DNA of 64,000 bases. Source: an uncultured delta proteobacterium. GTDB lineage: Bacteria; Desulfobacterota; Syntrophorhabdia; Syntrophorhabdales; WCHB1-27. A program made the translations under genes and the position numbers. Location of the stretch: contig CAWEPK010000012.1 of NCBI GenBank assembly GCA_963810935.1, positions 384,001 to 448,000 on the forward strand, given 5' to 3'. The notes under the pieces are model-generated. The model searched no databases. It had not been told where the DNA came from and saw only the letters and a program-made list of their open reading frames with translations. The first letter of the stretch is position 1; every line of letters begins with the position of its first letter. Below, piece after piece: positions 20,464 through 31,476 of the stretch.

Positions 20464-22191
20464 ATGAGAATAATCGGCTCATCCAACAGCCGTTTCGACA
20501 ACGTGATATTGCCTTTCGTTTTAGGGGGCCTGCTTTGCGTTGTACTTATGATCGTCAATCCCGGCTGGAATTACAACCCTGTAGGATTTGTAGACGATTC
20601 CGTCTACCTCGGGCATAGCTTCGATTTTCCCGCTCTACCCCTTGACTTTCCCGGCGCTCCAAGCGGAGACCTTCTGCCTCTGATCCTTCCGGGGGCTGCC
20701 GCGTATAAACTGTTGAGCCCGGTTTGGGCCAATCTCTCTTTCGATTTCTTTTTCTTTACGGTTTCCGTATGCTTCTTCTATTTCGTATTGCTGAAAACCA
20801 TTGGAGTGCGAGGCGCTATTTTCGGGGCAGTCGCACTTGCCACTTATCGCTATTTCCTTTTTGCCACGGGTTCCGATTACACAACGGGAAAGGTCGTCGC
20901 ATATCTGATCCTGTCGCTTTTTGCCATAACGAAAGCCGGCTTTGCAGATGACCGCTTACGCAGGCATGCCTGGTCGACCGTCACAGGGTTCTTCTGTTCG
21001 CTTATGGTATACACTGCGATCCTCGGCCTTGTTTACATCCCCGCCCTTCTCCTTTTCTACGTCCTTCTCACCGGCCGAAAAAAGAGGTTAGCCGGCGTTC
21101 TGGCGCAGACATGCAACTCCTGTCTTTTTATGCTTGCCGGGTTTATGCTCGGGACCGTTATGCTCGGGGGCGTGCATTTTACATATGCTCATACTTTTTG
21201 GTTCTTCACCAATTCCATCAGAAAACTCTTCTTTATCCTGTCTTCTGAAAGGTGTATCAAAGGTTATGGGTGGATTGCCGGAGCAACATGGCTCGTCCTC
21301 CCTGCAAGCGTAACCATCGTAAGCCTGATTGGTCTGTTCCGCACCTTCCATGCCTCCGGGTTGAAGCATCACATTGTCCGAAGTTTTTATCTCATGAATG
21401 CCCTCGTTTTGGCTGTTATGGTTTGCTTGTACCTATTCAGGAACCAGTAAACGGTCTGCACGTTCGTCTATTTCAATCAGACGATGCCATTTACCTTTCT
21501 TTCCCTGGCAGCTCTTTTCAGCGGAAAACTGGATATGTTGGAGAAGAGAAGTTTCATTCGCCTTATGACAGGTCTTCTCTTGTTCCTTTTGGCTATACAC
21601 TTCGCGGGCAGATTCAACTACTCCGTTGCCTCCACCGGTTTCGGGTCAATTCTATTCCTGTTTTTCCTGCCGCCGTTATTGGGGTTGTCGCTGCTCCTTG
21701 CGGAAAAATACTGGAAGCCCGGAATGCTTCTTGTTTGTCTTCTATCGTCGATAGTGTGGATCAACGTTTTTTGTCAGCCCCCAGGCTTCTCCAGGCTGGC
21801 CAAGCTGCATGGGCTTACCTCGAGAAAGCAGGCCTTTGTAGCGACAATCGAATGGCTGCGGAAAATGGACGAGATCGACCCTGCGCGGCGGCTCTATTTA
21901 TTGTACGATAAATATGAAGCGTTCGGTCCATATTATACGCAAATGTCGGCTGCTTCTCACTTATGGGCCCTTCGGGTCGTGACCGAATCGCTGCCGGACA
22001 TTCGACCCGTAGACGGTGGAGCCCGTATGCCTAAAAAAGGGTCGATAATGGTCCTTTCGGTCCGGCCCGATCCCCTTAATAAAATACCGCTCCGGTTGGA
22101 AGAGAAGCTATCTTTCACGCTGTCGAGGGTTGTCGTTTTTACATTCCAAAAGAACACCTTTTTTGCCAATATTTATGAAATCCATACATAA
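20464..22191 (+). pseudogene. Multi-TM membrane protein, possible GT-C glycosyltransferase, interrupted by in-frame TAA at 21448-21450
   Basis: ORFs 20401..21450 and 21484..22191 are in the same frame; DD motif (VDDSVY) after the first TM; many TM segments; AT-richer. Confidence 0.55.
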
Positions 22192-22353
22192 GAAGGATAG
22201 TTCAAGGTCGCGAACGGGGAAAGGAGCGGCCGCCGGGGGGGTGGCAAAAAAAAGCGTGAGCGCCGGTTATAGGCCGGGCTCACGCGTGCGGCAAACCTTA
22301 TCAAGAACTGCGTATTACCTACTTCGACTCTGCCGGATGCCGGCTCACCCCAA

Positions 22354-22992
22354 TTAGTACATACGTTTGCAATGGGAGCCCTTAACCCAGCTCGCAACAT
22401 CCTTTGATTTGTTCTGACCGAAGTCTTTTTCTGCCTTATCTACCGGTTGCATGTCAACTACGTCTGTCCTGTAGACATTATATTTTTTTTGCCCCTTGCC
22501 TGGATGGTCGGGATTAAGCTTTATAACCGCAGCACCCATACCGAGAGGGCCTCCATGTTGCGCACCGGTAGCCATGTAGAAGAAGATCTTGCTGGCAGTT
22601 TCCGTCAACGCGTCGATTTTTTCTAGTATCTCGGCCTCAGTGAAAATGGTGGTCTCCAGGCTTGCCCTGTTCCTCTCTTCCAATTTGACCTGCTTCGACC
22701 CCTCATCGAACCATCCATCGTAGATTATCAAGTCCGGGCGCCCATCAAGAGACGTGTAGTCCTTCACCTGTATTTTCTTGGCCTGCGCCTCAGACTCGTC
22801 AAAAACCCTGATCTGTAACCCCGTTTCCTGATTTGCGCTCTTCTGCACCACAGCCTTGAGAAGCCCCGCCAAAACGGGGTCCATTCCCGTTTCCGCCGTC
22901 AAATGCTTTTGCACCAGCTCCGTTAGTGCCCGTGGTCCTGCCAGCTTCTCTTGCCTCACGTCCTCCTGCACCGACTTTTTACTCCAGAACAT
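22354..22992 (-). CDS. Hypothetical protein
   Basis: 212-aa ORF with RBS AGGAGG; no recognised motif. Confidence 0.75.
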   Translation of the reverse strand: MFWSKKSVQEDVRQEKLAGPRALTELVQKHLTAETGMDPVLAGLLKAVVQKSANQETGLQIRVFDESEAQAKKIQVKDYTSLDGRPDLIIYDGWFDEGSKQVKLEERNRASLETTIFTEAEILEKIDALTETASKIFFYMATGAQHGGPLGMGAAVIKLNPDHPGKGQKKYNVYRTDVVDMQPVDKAEKDFGQNKSKDVASWVKGSHCKRMY

Positions 22993-23128
22993 CTCTTGTG
23001 CCTCCTTTGAGCTTTACGAAAACGGCAGAAACCTGAGAGTGAACTGTACCAGCCTAAACACAACTATACACTTTGTCAACCGCTATCTTGTATCAACAAG
23101 TATACTATCCGGGCCGAACAAGATGTTC

Positions 23129-25147
23129 TCATTTTGTTATGTCGGTGGGGAGTTGACTCGATGGGGGCTTTGTAGCTAATGCCGGGAGGTCCGCCACGAT
23201 CCCAGGCGCGAGTTTAGCCATCAGGAGCGCCCCTAACCCTTCCAGGACTCCACCGCCCGAATCGCTGCCGCCAAGGACCAAGGTGTTGGGTGTGAACGGA
23301 ACGGTGCTTTTCGAGAGAGCCTCGACTGCGTTCACTAGAGCGGTGGCCCCCTGACCCAATGCCGCGACCTGTTTTTGGTAGGCCTCTGCCCTGGCCAAGC
23401 CGATGGCTCTCACCTGAGCGCCTTGAGCAGCGCCGGTCCGCTCGATGTAAGTGGCCTCGCCGTCGGCCTCGGCTTTGCGAGCCTCGGCGTTATTCTTCTT
23501 GATATCGACACCCACTGCGGACTGAGCAAGGCCCGCCTGCATGTCGGCAGTTCCCTTGGCCTTTTCGGTTTCGACGCGTTGGTCCTGGGCCTGCCTCTGC
23601 ATCTTGAAGGTCTCAACTTCCTGGTGAGCGACCTCGCGCTGAGTCAGCACCGTGACCAACGGCTCCGGGTAAATCACGTCCTGGATATAGACGCCCCGAG
23701 TCTCGATTTCGTACTCGGCGAGCTTTTCTTGTATATACTGGAACGCTTCCTCCTGAACAATTTGGCGTGTCTGGATAAACTTGATCGCTTCCATGCCGCC
23801 TATCTTGTCGCGGAAAAGGTTGCCGACAGCCGCTTGCAGGACTTCGTTGACCAGGTTTTCCATTGAACCGACCATGGAAATAACCCGGGGCGCCTTTGTG
23901 TCCGGGACGTGGATAAGCACCTGGAGATCGATGGAAAACACAAAGCCCTCATTGCTTTTAGCGGTGATAGGCTCGAGACGCGCATCGAGCCCGTGAGCCC
24001 CGGTGACATCTTTAGCCCAGTCGAGTTTGAGGATAGCCGTGAGGACCACCTTGGCGTCGTAAATTCTGGGGTTTATGGGATATTTTCCGGTTCTCAATGC
24101 TTCTTGCCAGATACCCTGGTGTCCGGGTCGCACCAAACTCCCGAACTTGAAACCTACGCCTGAAATATCCTGAGTCGGCAAACCGACGTAGGCTTTAATG
24201 ACGCCGACCTGGCCTTGTTCGACAACCAGCATGGGGACCTGTTCAACGCGTACCAGGAACGGGTTCAGGTTATACGCGCCGTAAAGAAGCGGGTCGTGCT
24301 GGAGGCCTATTTTTCCACCAGCATCCAAAAACTTTTGGAAATCCTGGTAGTTGTTGTGCAGGTCGTTTTTGCTCCCAAGGATTAGCCCCATTAATTGGAA
24401 GTCGGTGACGTCTGCTTTCTTTTCAAGCTCTTGGATGTCCTCAAACTTTCCGAGCCGGCTGGCGATGGCGCCGGCCGGAAGCGGCTCGCCATCGAGTGTC
24501 GTGACGATGCCTATCATGTCGAGGACCCTTCCGCCCTCAGCGGGTTTTGGCGCAATACGGGTGACCTCCAGTTGCATTGCTTCAAGGCCGAAAGCTGCGA
24601 CCGTAAGCCCGTCTTTTGCCTGGGCAAGTTTCCTGTATTCATCGGAAACCGGCACGCCAAAGACCTGAGGCTTGGTAATGACCAGGAAAGCCACGGGGTG
24701 AATCGGAGCCAGCGTGCCCGGAGAAAGAACCGGCCTCTGAACGCCTTTTTGGCCGCCCTTCTCGATGAAAATTTTGAGGTCCGTGAAATTACCGAACTCG
24801 GGTTTGTATACGCCCGATTTTGCGCCGATAGGTGTCGGCTCGCCGACTTGTGCGATCACCACGCCGATTTGGCCTGCGGGCACCTGAACCCAGGGATGTT
24901 TCGTGACGTCGTAAACCAGGCAAAGCTTGAAACGGAGGCCAGGCATAAGTAACTCGGCCTGGTAACCGGCCTCACCCACGAAAGCCACCGGGTTGTTGCC
25001 GGGCAGTTTTGCTCCAAACCGTTTACGGACCAGTCCGATCTGGGTCGGTCCGATGCTGTAAATAGATTTAAAAGAGACCGCTGCCATGAAAAGCACCAGC
25101 AAAACGCCCAGCGCCTCAAAAAACCCAAACAAACTTATTTCTGTCAT
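23129..25147 (-). CDS. SPFH/flotillin (band 7) domain protein
   Basis: N-terminal TM, repeated GQ.GV..G.Y.NP segments, band-7 region, Ala/Glu-rich coiled-coil tail. Confidence 0.85.
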   Translation of the reverse strand: MTEISLFGFFEALGVLLVLFMAAVSFKSIYSIGPTQIGLVRKRFGAKLPGNNPVAFVGEAGYQAELLMPGLRFKLCLVYDVTKHPWVQVPAGQIGVVIAQVGEPTPIGAKSGVYKPEFGNFTDLKIFIEKGGQKGVQRPVLSPGTLAPIHPVAFLVITKPQVFGVPVSDEYRKLAQAKDGLTVAAFGLEAMQLEVTRIAPKPAEGGRVLDMIGIVTTLDGEPLPAGAIASRLGKFEDIQELEKKADVTDFQLMGLILGSKNDLHNNYQDFQKFLDAGGKIGLQHDPLLYGAYNLNPFLVRVEQVPMLVVEQGQVGVIKAYVGLPTQDISGVGFKFGSLVRPGHQGIWQEALRTGKYPINPRIYDAKVVLTAILKLDWAKDVTGAHGLDARLEPITAKSNEGFVFSIDLQVLIHVPDTKAPRVISMVGSMENLVNEVLQAAVGNLFRDKIGGMEAIKFIQTRQIVQEEAFQYIQEKLAEYEIETRGVYIQDVIYPEPLVTVLTQREVAHQEVETFKMQRQAQDQRVETEKAKGTADMQAGLAQSAVGVDIKKNNAEARKAEADGEATYIERTGAAQGAQVRAIGLARAEAYQKQVAALGQGATALVNAVEALSKSTVPFTPNTLVLGGSDSGGGVLEGLGALLMAKLAPGIVADLPALATKPPSSQLPTDITK

Positions 25148-25644
25148 TGCTGCCTTCCCCTTTGTTGCACGAGCTGCGCTATAACTCTGCGGCTGTATTT
25201 AACGCAGGATTGATCTGCGACTTCTGTCAGGCCCGCCCGCAAACGGTCCATTAACGGTGGCGCGCTCAATTGAGATATTGATAATAAAGGGGTTTGAGAA
25301 AACGAGAGGAATCTTGACTGTCGGCCCGTCTATTACATTATCTATTACTATTATAAGCCTTATTATCGCAGTGCGCAACGCGGGTGTAGCCGATGATCGA
25401 TCGTGGGTGCAGGCCCGAATTGCCGCGTTGGCGATCATTAAGCAAACTGTCCGGTATCAGTTGCAGGCGGGGATTGGAGGCCAAACTTTATCGGGACTTA
25501 CAGCACTTATCCACGAATGTAAATACAACAGGACAGGTTTACGGTAACGGCCTTGGCGCAGCGACGACCCTGAACGCAGTCCCCAATGCCGGACAGATAG
25601 CATGGTTGCTGAGCCAATATGGCGCCCCCGCCCGCCCGCCGCCT

Positions 25645-26563
25645 TTAGCCGGGGCACTTCTGTAAGAACAGGTGCGCCTGTAGCGCTGCTTTGGCGCCTT
25701 CGCCTGCTGCTACTACTATCTGTTTCGCCGGCACGCTCGTCACGTCGCCGGCTGCATACAGGCCGGAGACGCCTGTCTCGCACGAGCAGTTTATCATGAT
25801 CTCCCCCAGCTCGTTCAGCGTCAGGAGGTCGCGCACGAAATCACTGTTGGGGATCAGCCCGATCTCAACGAATACGCCCGTCACAGGGACCGTCTTCTCC
25901 GCCCCGTTTTTCAAGTCCTTGATGCGGATGCCGGAGACGATTCCGTTCCCCATCACCTCCATCGTCTGGTGCTCCAGGGTCACGTCGATGTTGGCCGCCT
26001 CGGCCACCTTCTCCCTCAGGACGGGGTCGCCCGTAAGGCCGGTCAGCGATATGAGGTGGACGCTGCTCGCGATCTTCGACAGGTCGATAGCCGCCTCCAT
26101 CGCGGAGTTGCCCCCGCCGATCACGGCCACCTCCATGCCCGCAAAAAGCGGCCCGTCGCAGACCGAGCAATAGGTGACGCCCTTCCCCCGCAGCATCTCC
26201 TCGCCGGGCACGCCCAGCATCCGGGGCCGCTTGCCGCTGGCTACGATGACCGTCCGGCCCTGGTAGCGCTCGCCGTCCTGGTCAGTCACCTCGAAGCCGC
26301 CCCCGTGCACCTTGGTCAGCGATTTGACCGTCTTACCCGTCTTGATGTCTATGGGAAACTTGCGCACCTGCTCTTCGAACTTGGCGATCAGCTCGATCCC
26401 CTCGATGAACTGGTAGCCCATGTAGTTCTCTATACCGAGCGTCCAGCTCCACCTGCCCGCCTACTTCTTTGGCGATAAGGAGCGTCTGCTCTTTCTGGCG
26501 CGCTGCGTAGACGGCCGCCGTCATGCCGGCCGGGCCCGCGCCTATAATTATCATGTCGTACAT
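25645..26563 (-). CDS. Thioredoxin reductase/AhpF-like FAD oxidoreductase with frameshift near 26450
   Basis: YDMIIIGAGPAG, GGQV|SWTLGIENYMG, YCSVCDG, GGGNSA, AAGD. Confidence 0.88.
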
Positions 26564-26601
26564 CACCCCTCCCCCTTATCTTAAGCCGCCGGCCCCCTTG
26601 C

Positions 26602-26850
26602 TCACGCCGCCAGGCCGAGCGCTTTCTTCAGGCGGTCCTCCTCGAAGCCGATTATCATCTCCCCGTCGATGAATATAACGGGCACGCTCATCTGCCCCGT
26701 CTTTTTTACCATCTCATCCCTCGCCGCCTTGTCCGTCGTAACGTCGATGTCTTGAAAGGAGACGCCCTGCTCCCCGAGGAACTGCTTCAGTCTCTTGCAG
26801 TGCGGGCAGGTAGAGACCGAATAAACGAGAACTTTCTTTGCAGCTTCCAT
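26602..26850 (-). CDS. Glutaredoxin-like (NrdH/YruB) redoxin
   Basis: CPHC, GQMSVPV, IIGF. Confidence 0.9.
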   Translation of the reverse strand: MEAAKKVLVYSVSTCPHCKRLKQFLGEQGVSFQDIDVTTDKAARDEMVKKTGQMSVPVIFIDGEMIIGFEEDRLKKALGLAA

Positions 26851-26990
26851 TGCGCGCCTCCATCATTCATAATGACAAAAAGGTCCGGCTGGTTTATCTT
26901 AAATATTATCGTCCGCCGCCAGGTTGTCAACGTAATTCGCGCACGGCCTGGAAAACTCGGGCGCGCGGCTAAAGGGGGATAGAAGACTGC

Positions 26991-28353
26991 ATGGCTTCCA
27001 TATTCAAGGCATACGACATAAGAGGGCATTACCCGGACGAAGTCAACGAGGAGGTCGCCTTCAGGATCGGGGCCGCCTACGCCAGGCTGCTGGAGGCGAA
27101 AAGGATAGTGATCGGCTACGACATGCGCCTTTCGTCGCCCACGCTGGCCGAGGCCTTCGTCGAGGGGGTCGCCTCTACGGGCGCATCCGTGACGGACATC
27201 GGCATGGTGACAACACCTCGAGCTCTATTTCGCCATCATAGACGGCGGATATGACGGCGGGGTGGCGGTCACCGCGTCGCACCTGCCGCAGGAGTCGAAC
27301 GGCTTCAAGCTGTGCAGGGAGAAGGCCATACCTCTCTCGGGCGACGCCGGGCTGCCGACGCTCGAAAAGATGGTCGCCGGGATGGGCGGGGCCACGGCCG
27401 GGCCGGTCGAGACGGGCCAGTGCATCCACAAGTCCGTGCTGCCCGCGTACATCGACCGGATCAAGAGCTTTGTCCACGAGCCCGCCCCCATCAAGATGGT
27501 GATCGACGCGGGCAACGGCGCCGTCGGACCGGAGGTGCTGCCCCTTACGCAGCTATTTCCCATGTGGGACGTGACGTCCATGTATATGGAGCCAGACGGC
27601 CGCTTCCCGCATCACGTGGCCAACCCGCTCGTCCTTAAGAATACGGAAGACCTGCGGGCGGAGGTGGTGCGGCAGAAGGCAGACATCGGCATCGCCTTCG
27701 ACGGGGACGCGGACAGGTGCGGCTTCGTGGACGAGAAGGGCGAAAAGATACCCGAAGACCTCGTGACTGCCCTGATAAGCCAGTTTTATCTCGCCAAGTC
27801 GCCGGGCGCGACTATCCTGTACGACCTGCGGTCGAGCCGCGCCGTGCCGGAGATCATAGAATCGCTTGGCGGGCACGCAGTCAGGACAAGGGTCGGCCAC
27901 GCATTCATCAAGGCCGGGATGAGAGAGAAAGACGCGATCTTCGCGGGCGAGCTTTCGGGCCATTTCTACTTCCGCGACGCAGGCTTTACGGACAACGCCC
28001 TGATGGCCATGGTGCAGATGCTCAACCTTCTGGCGCTCAAGCGCGTGCCCGTCTCCACCCTGATCGCGCCCCTGCGGAGATATTGCGCGACTGGCGAGAT
28101 CAACATGGAAGTCGCCCACAAGGATAAGATTTACAAGGCGTTGGAGAAGAAGTATGCGGACGGCACGCAGGACCACCTGGACGGGCTCTCGGTCGATTAC
28201 GACTCGTGGTGGTTTAACCTGCGGGCATCTAACACGGAGCCGCTGATACGGCTGAACCTGGAGGCGGCAAACGCGGATGAGATGGACGCCCGGAAGAACG
28301 AGGTGCTCAACGCCATACGCGAGGCAGACCCGCATATGGAATTGGAAGCTTAG
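26991..28353 (+). CDS. Phosphomannomutase/phosphoglucomutase with frameshift near 27218
   Basis: FKAYDIRG, TASH, FDGDADR, GELSGH, RASNTEP; TTP|ELYFAII joins the two track ORFs. Confidence 0.9.
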
Positions 28354-28363
28354 CTTGGACTAT

Positions 28364-28525
28364 GGCCGCGAGGTTTTCGACGGATTTCGCGTTGCTTTTC
28401 GAGGAAGCGAGCCGGAGCGTATAAAATAATAGCCGGGTACCCGCGCTCCGAGCTTGCTAGCGCGGGTGGCAAGTGAGGACTCGCGACCGAGAAAACGACG
28501 CGAAGGACGCGAAAGGATCGCGGCC
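28364..28525 (-). repeat. Palindromic interspersed repeat, copy D, with nested ~40-bp hairpin
   Basis: GGCCGCGA...TCGCGGCC ends; insert 28432-28471 within the central motif. Confidence 0.8.
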
Positions 28526-28526
28526 C

Positions 28527-28871
28527 TTACCTTACCGGGTATGCGGCTATACAGACCCAGTAGGTGGTCTCAGAGGTATTGTTGACCAGCCGGTGGGGCT
28601 CGCCTGCAGGGATCCAGATCGCGTCCCCGGGCTTCACCTCTTTCTCCTCATCGCCCACCTTCATCAGCCCTCCGCCGGACAGGATGAAATAAATCTCCTC
28701 AACCTCATCGACGTGCTCCTCGATGGTATTGCCCGCGGGCAGCGCAGCCCAGGCAAAGAACTCCATCGACCGCAAGTGCTCTCTGGTAAGCACCATACGC
28801 GCAACACCGCCCCAGTGGGCCCTGTAGGTCGTGCCCCGCACTACCGGGTCGTCTATGTTCCGTATTAACAT
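28527..28871 (-). CDS. Cupin domain protein
   Basis: EEHVDEVEEIYFILSG, GDAIWIPAGEPH. Confidence 0.85.
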   Translation of the reverse strand: MLIRNIDDPVVRGTTYRAHWGGVARMVLTREHLRSMEFFAWAALPAGNTIEEHVDEVEEIYFILSGGGLMKVGDEEKEVKPGDAIWIPAGEPHRLVNNTSETTYWVCIAAYPVR

Positions 28872-29016
28872 GGCAGCATTATAGCACGGATGCGCAGCAT
28901 AACGAGTGAATAACCGGCAATACAGCCCGTCCGACGCCGCCGGGTCTATTGAAACCCGGCGTGTTCTGATATAATTGGATTATCATTGCGAGGGGGCAGA
29001 TTTAAAGGAGATGCAA

Positions 29017-29217
29017 ATGAAATCATCCGGAATGACGGCGGAGGTGTTCCTCACAGCCTTCAGGACACTAAAAAGAACGGAACAGGACGCCTTTTTTGGT
29101 GAAATGCTGAAAGACAGGCGCTTACGGGAAGACCTGATCGATATAGCAATCGCCGAGGAGCGTTCCCGGGACAAAGCCAAACCGTTCAGGCAAGTGCTTA
29201 AAGAGCACGGTGAGTAG
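29017..29217 (+). CDS. Putative type II antitoxin
   Basis: Small protein with EDLIDIAIAEER immediately upstream of RelE. Confidence 0.7.
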   Translation: MKSSGMTAEVFLTAFRTLKRTEQDAFFGEMLKDRRLREDLIDIAIAEERSRDKAKPFRQVLKEHGE

Positions 29218-29471
29218 TTGGAATACACCGTCTCGATAGCAGCGAGGGCGGAGAAAGAATTTTCCGCGCTCCCATCACCGGCCCGTAGCCGCATTGGTAG
29301 AAAGATACTTTCCCTCGAAGACAATCCGAGACCATTCGGCTCAGTAAAACTACGGCAGACAGAATACTATCGACTAAGAGTGGGGAGTACCGGATCGTCT
29401 ACTCGATCAATGACAAGAGCAACGTAGTTAAGGTCCTTTCCATAGCGCACCGTAAAGACGTTTATCGCTGA
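29218..29471 (+). CDS. relE: RelE/ParE toxin with frameshift in G-run near 29383
   Basis: NPRPFG.VKL..YRLRVG|EYRIVYSI..VLSIAHRKDVYR. Confidence 0.85.
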
Positions 29472-29565
29472 CCCGGCCGGCCGATCGGCCTCCGTCTGGC
29501 TCAACCCGTTCTATTCAAACCGGACCGATTTTGATATAATTGAATCATCACACAAGGGGGGCAGG

Positions 29566-29748
29566 ATGGAGAGAATAGTCAAAGTCCATATCGAGAAATT
29601 GCCCGAGGGCGTTTATCTCGCCACATCCGATGACATTCAGGGACTGGTAGCTCAAGGCAGGACGGTCTCCGAAACCATGGAAATCGCAAGGGACGTCACG
29701 CGGAAGCTGCAAGATGCGCAGACAACGGCATCCCCTGCCGGGCACTAG
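29566..29748 (+). CDS. HicB-like/DUF1902 antitoxin domain, no HicA seen
   Basis: EGVYLATSDDIQGLVAQGRT..E. Confidence 0.7.
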   Translation: MERIVKVHIEKLPEGVYLATSDDIQGLVAQGRTVSETMEIARDVTRKLQDAQTTASPAGH

Positions 29749-29818
29749 TATCTACCCTTGTACGTTAACGTCCTCGAAGCGTCACTTGTGAACGCCCGGT
29801 TCGCGAGAAAGCAGGCCA

Positions 29819-30304
29819 ATGACCGACCAATGGATGTTTTACACCAGAGAAGCTATAACTCAAATAGAATTTGCCGAGCGATCCTGGACCGCATTTTTAG
29901 ATGCCGAAAAGGGTGGAGCGATATTCGATATTTTTCTGCATTTACAGCACTTTCTGAATCATGCTGCAATTGTTGGCAAGATATTGAACCGTTCCGACGA
30001 TAGTAGGCGTCAACAAGAAGCCTCGATCCATATTGACCTGTCTGGAATAGATTTAAAACCATTTCGCAAGCTCCGGAACCACCTGGAACATTTCGACGAA
30101 CGGCTAGACAAGTGGATATCCGAACATGGCTCAAGCGCTTTTTTCGATATGAATATCGTGACGGGGACAAGGGGCTTCCCTTCGAAAGCATTCTTACGCG
30201 CGATAGACGGGCACATCTACAAGTTCCATGGCGAAAACTACGACCTTGACCAACTTCATGCTATCCTTCTTGCTATCCGCGCAAGACTGCCGGACAAACG
30301 ATGA
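29819..30304 (+). CDS. Hypothetical protein (AT-richer)
   Basis: 161-aa ORF with RNHLEH (Rx4H, HEPN-like). Confidence 0.7.
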   Translation: MTDQWMFYTREAITQIEFAERSWTAFLDAEKGGAIFDIFLHLQHFLNHAAIVGKILNRSDDSRRQQEASIHIDLSGIDLKPFRKLRNHLEHFDERLDKWISEHGSSAFFDMNIVTGTRGFPSKAFLRAIDGHIYKFHGENYDLDQLHAILLAIRARLPDKR

Positions 30305-30330
30305 CCACTAGACAACACACAGCGTCGCAC

Positions 30331-30981
30331 ATGCCGATCGACGCTATCATATTCGACCTGGACGGCACGCTTGTCGATACCTCTCTCGACATCACCGCCG
30401 CCCTGAACTACGCCGTTGCCCCTTTCGGCATACCGCCCGTCTCCGTCGCTGAGACCATCACCCTCGTAGGCGAGGGCTCGAGGGCGCTCATTGAAAAGGT
30501 CCTCCGCGCCAAGGCGCCCGGCATGGACTTTTCCGCAGTCCTCAAGAACTTCATCGCATATTACAGCGACCACGTGGCCGACCACGCAGCGCCCTACCCC
30601 GGCGTCGCGGCAATGCTCGCGGCGCTGGCGCCGATAAAGAAGGCCATTGTCTCGAATAAGCAGGAGTCGTTCTCGGTCCGCCTCCTCGACGCCCTCGGCC
30701 TCCTCAAGCACTTCGATTATATCTCCGGCGGCGATACGGCATCCGAGAGAAAGCCGTCGCCCGTGCCCGTCCTGGAGGCCCTCACCCGCCTCGGAGCGGA
30801 ACCGCACGAAGCCCTGTTCGTCGGCGACAGCATCTTCGACATGACGGCGGCGAAGGCAGCGGGCGTACGCAGCGTCGCGGTCCTCTACGGCTTCGGTCCG
30901 AAGGGTTTTTCGCAAGGAGCCGACTACACGATCGACCGCATCGACGAGCTTGTCGATATCGTCAAAAAGCTGAACGGCTGA
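30331..30981 (+). CDS. gph: HAD hydrolase, phosphoglycolate phosphatase-like
   Basis: FDLDGTLVD, SNK, KPSP, VGDS..D. Confidence 0.85.
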   Translation: MPIDAIIFDLDGTLVDTSLDITAALNYAVAPFGIPPVSVAETITLVGEGSRALIEKVLRAKAPGMDFSAVLKNFIAYYSDHVADHAAPYPGVAAMLAALAPIKKAIVSNKQESFSVRLLDALGLLKHFDYISGGDTASERKPSPVPVLEALTRLGAEPHEALFVGDSIFDMTAAKAAGVRSVAVLYGFGPKGFSQGADYTIDRIDELVDIVKKLNG

Positions 30982-31024
30982 AGGTCGCGGTATCAACCCG
31001 CTCGCACCCTAATAAGGCAAGACA

Positions 31025-31060
31025 CCCCTCACCCTGCCCTCTCCCCCAAGGGGAGAGGGG
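31025..31060. repeat. CCCTCACCC..CCCTCTCCC..GGGAGAGGG REP-like hairpin
   Basis: CCCTCTCCCC/GGGGAGAGGG inverted repeat with CCCTCACCC leader. Confidence 0.65.
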
Positions 31061-31347
31061 AACAGAAAAAGGGGAGAGGTAAAAGGAAAAAGCAGTATCC
31101 CACATTGCTCCATCGTATAACCCGCCCTTACCGCCGCCCAACAAATCCGCAGCGTAGCTGCTCCGTTAGCGGCGGTCGCGGTCGGAGGAGCGCCGCTATC
31201 ATTGGGGCTCAGCGCCCCCTCGTTAGGAGGAGCATCATATTGAATGATACGTCGGAGGGCGCAAGGCGAGCAGGGCGCCGCATCCTTCATATCAGTTGAA
31301 AGTAGGTTTGCCGGGTGCCCGCACGGTAGAAAGCGTGTTGAAAAGGT

Positions 31348-31421
31348 GCCACTGTGCATGCGGGTGGTCCGCAGCAGGCGCGAGTCCAGCCGCCCGCAGT
31401 ACTCCGCAGTGGCTTTTTTTT
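31348..31421 (+). terminator. Long hairpin plus T-run between convergent gph and nagA
   Basis: GCCACTGTG/CGCAGTGGC outer stem, TGCGGGTGG/CCGCCCGCA inner stem, then T8. Confidence 0.6.
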
Positions 31422-31476
31422 GCTGTTAGCTTTTTATCCAAACGCGATCAGATTTACGGGCCTACGCCACCCGTCG

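Noticed and set aside
31355..31421. T-box leader suggested by GGGTGGTCCGC plus terminator
   Set aside because: The motif deviates from the T-box consensus, no stem I was seen, and the next gene is on the opposite strand
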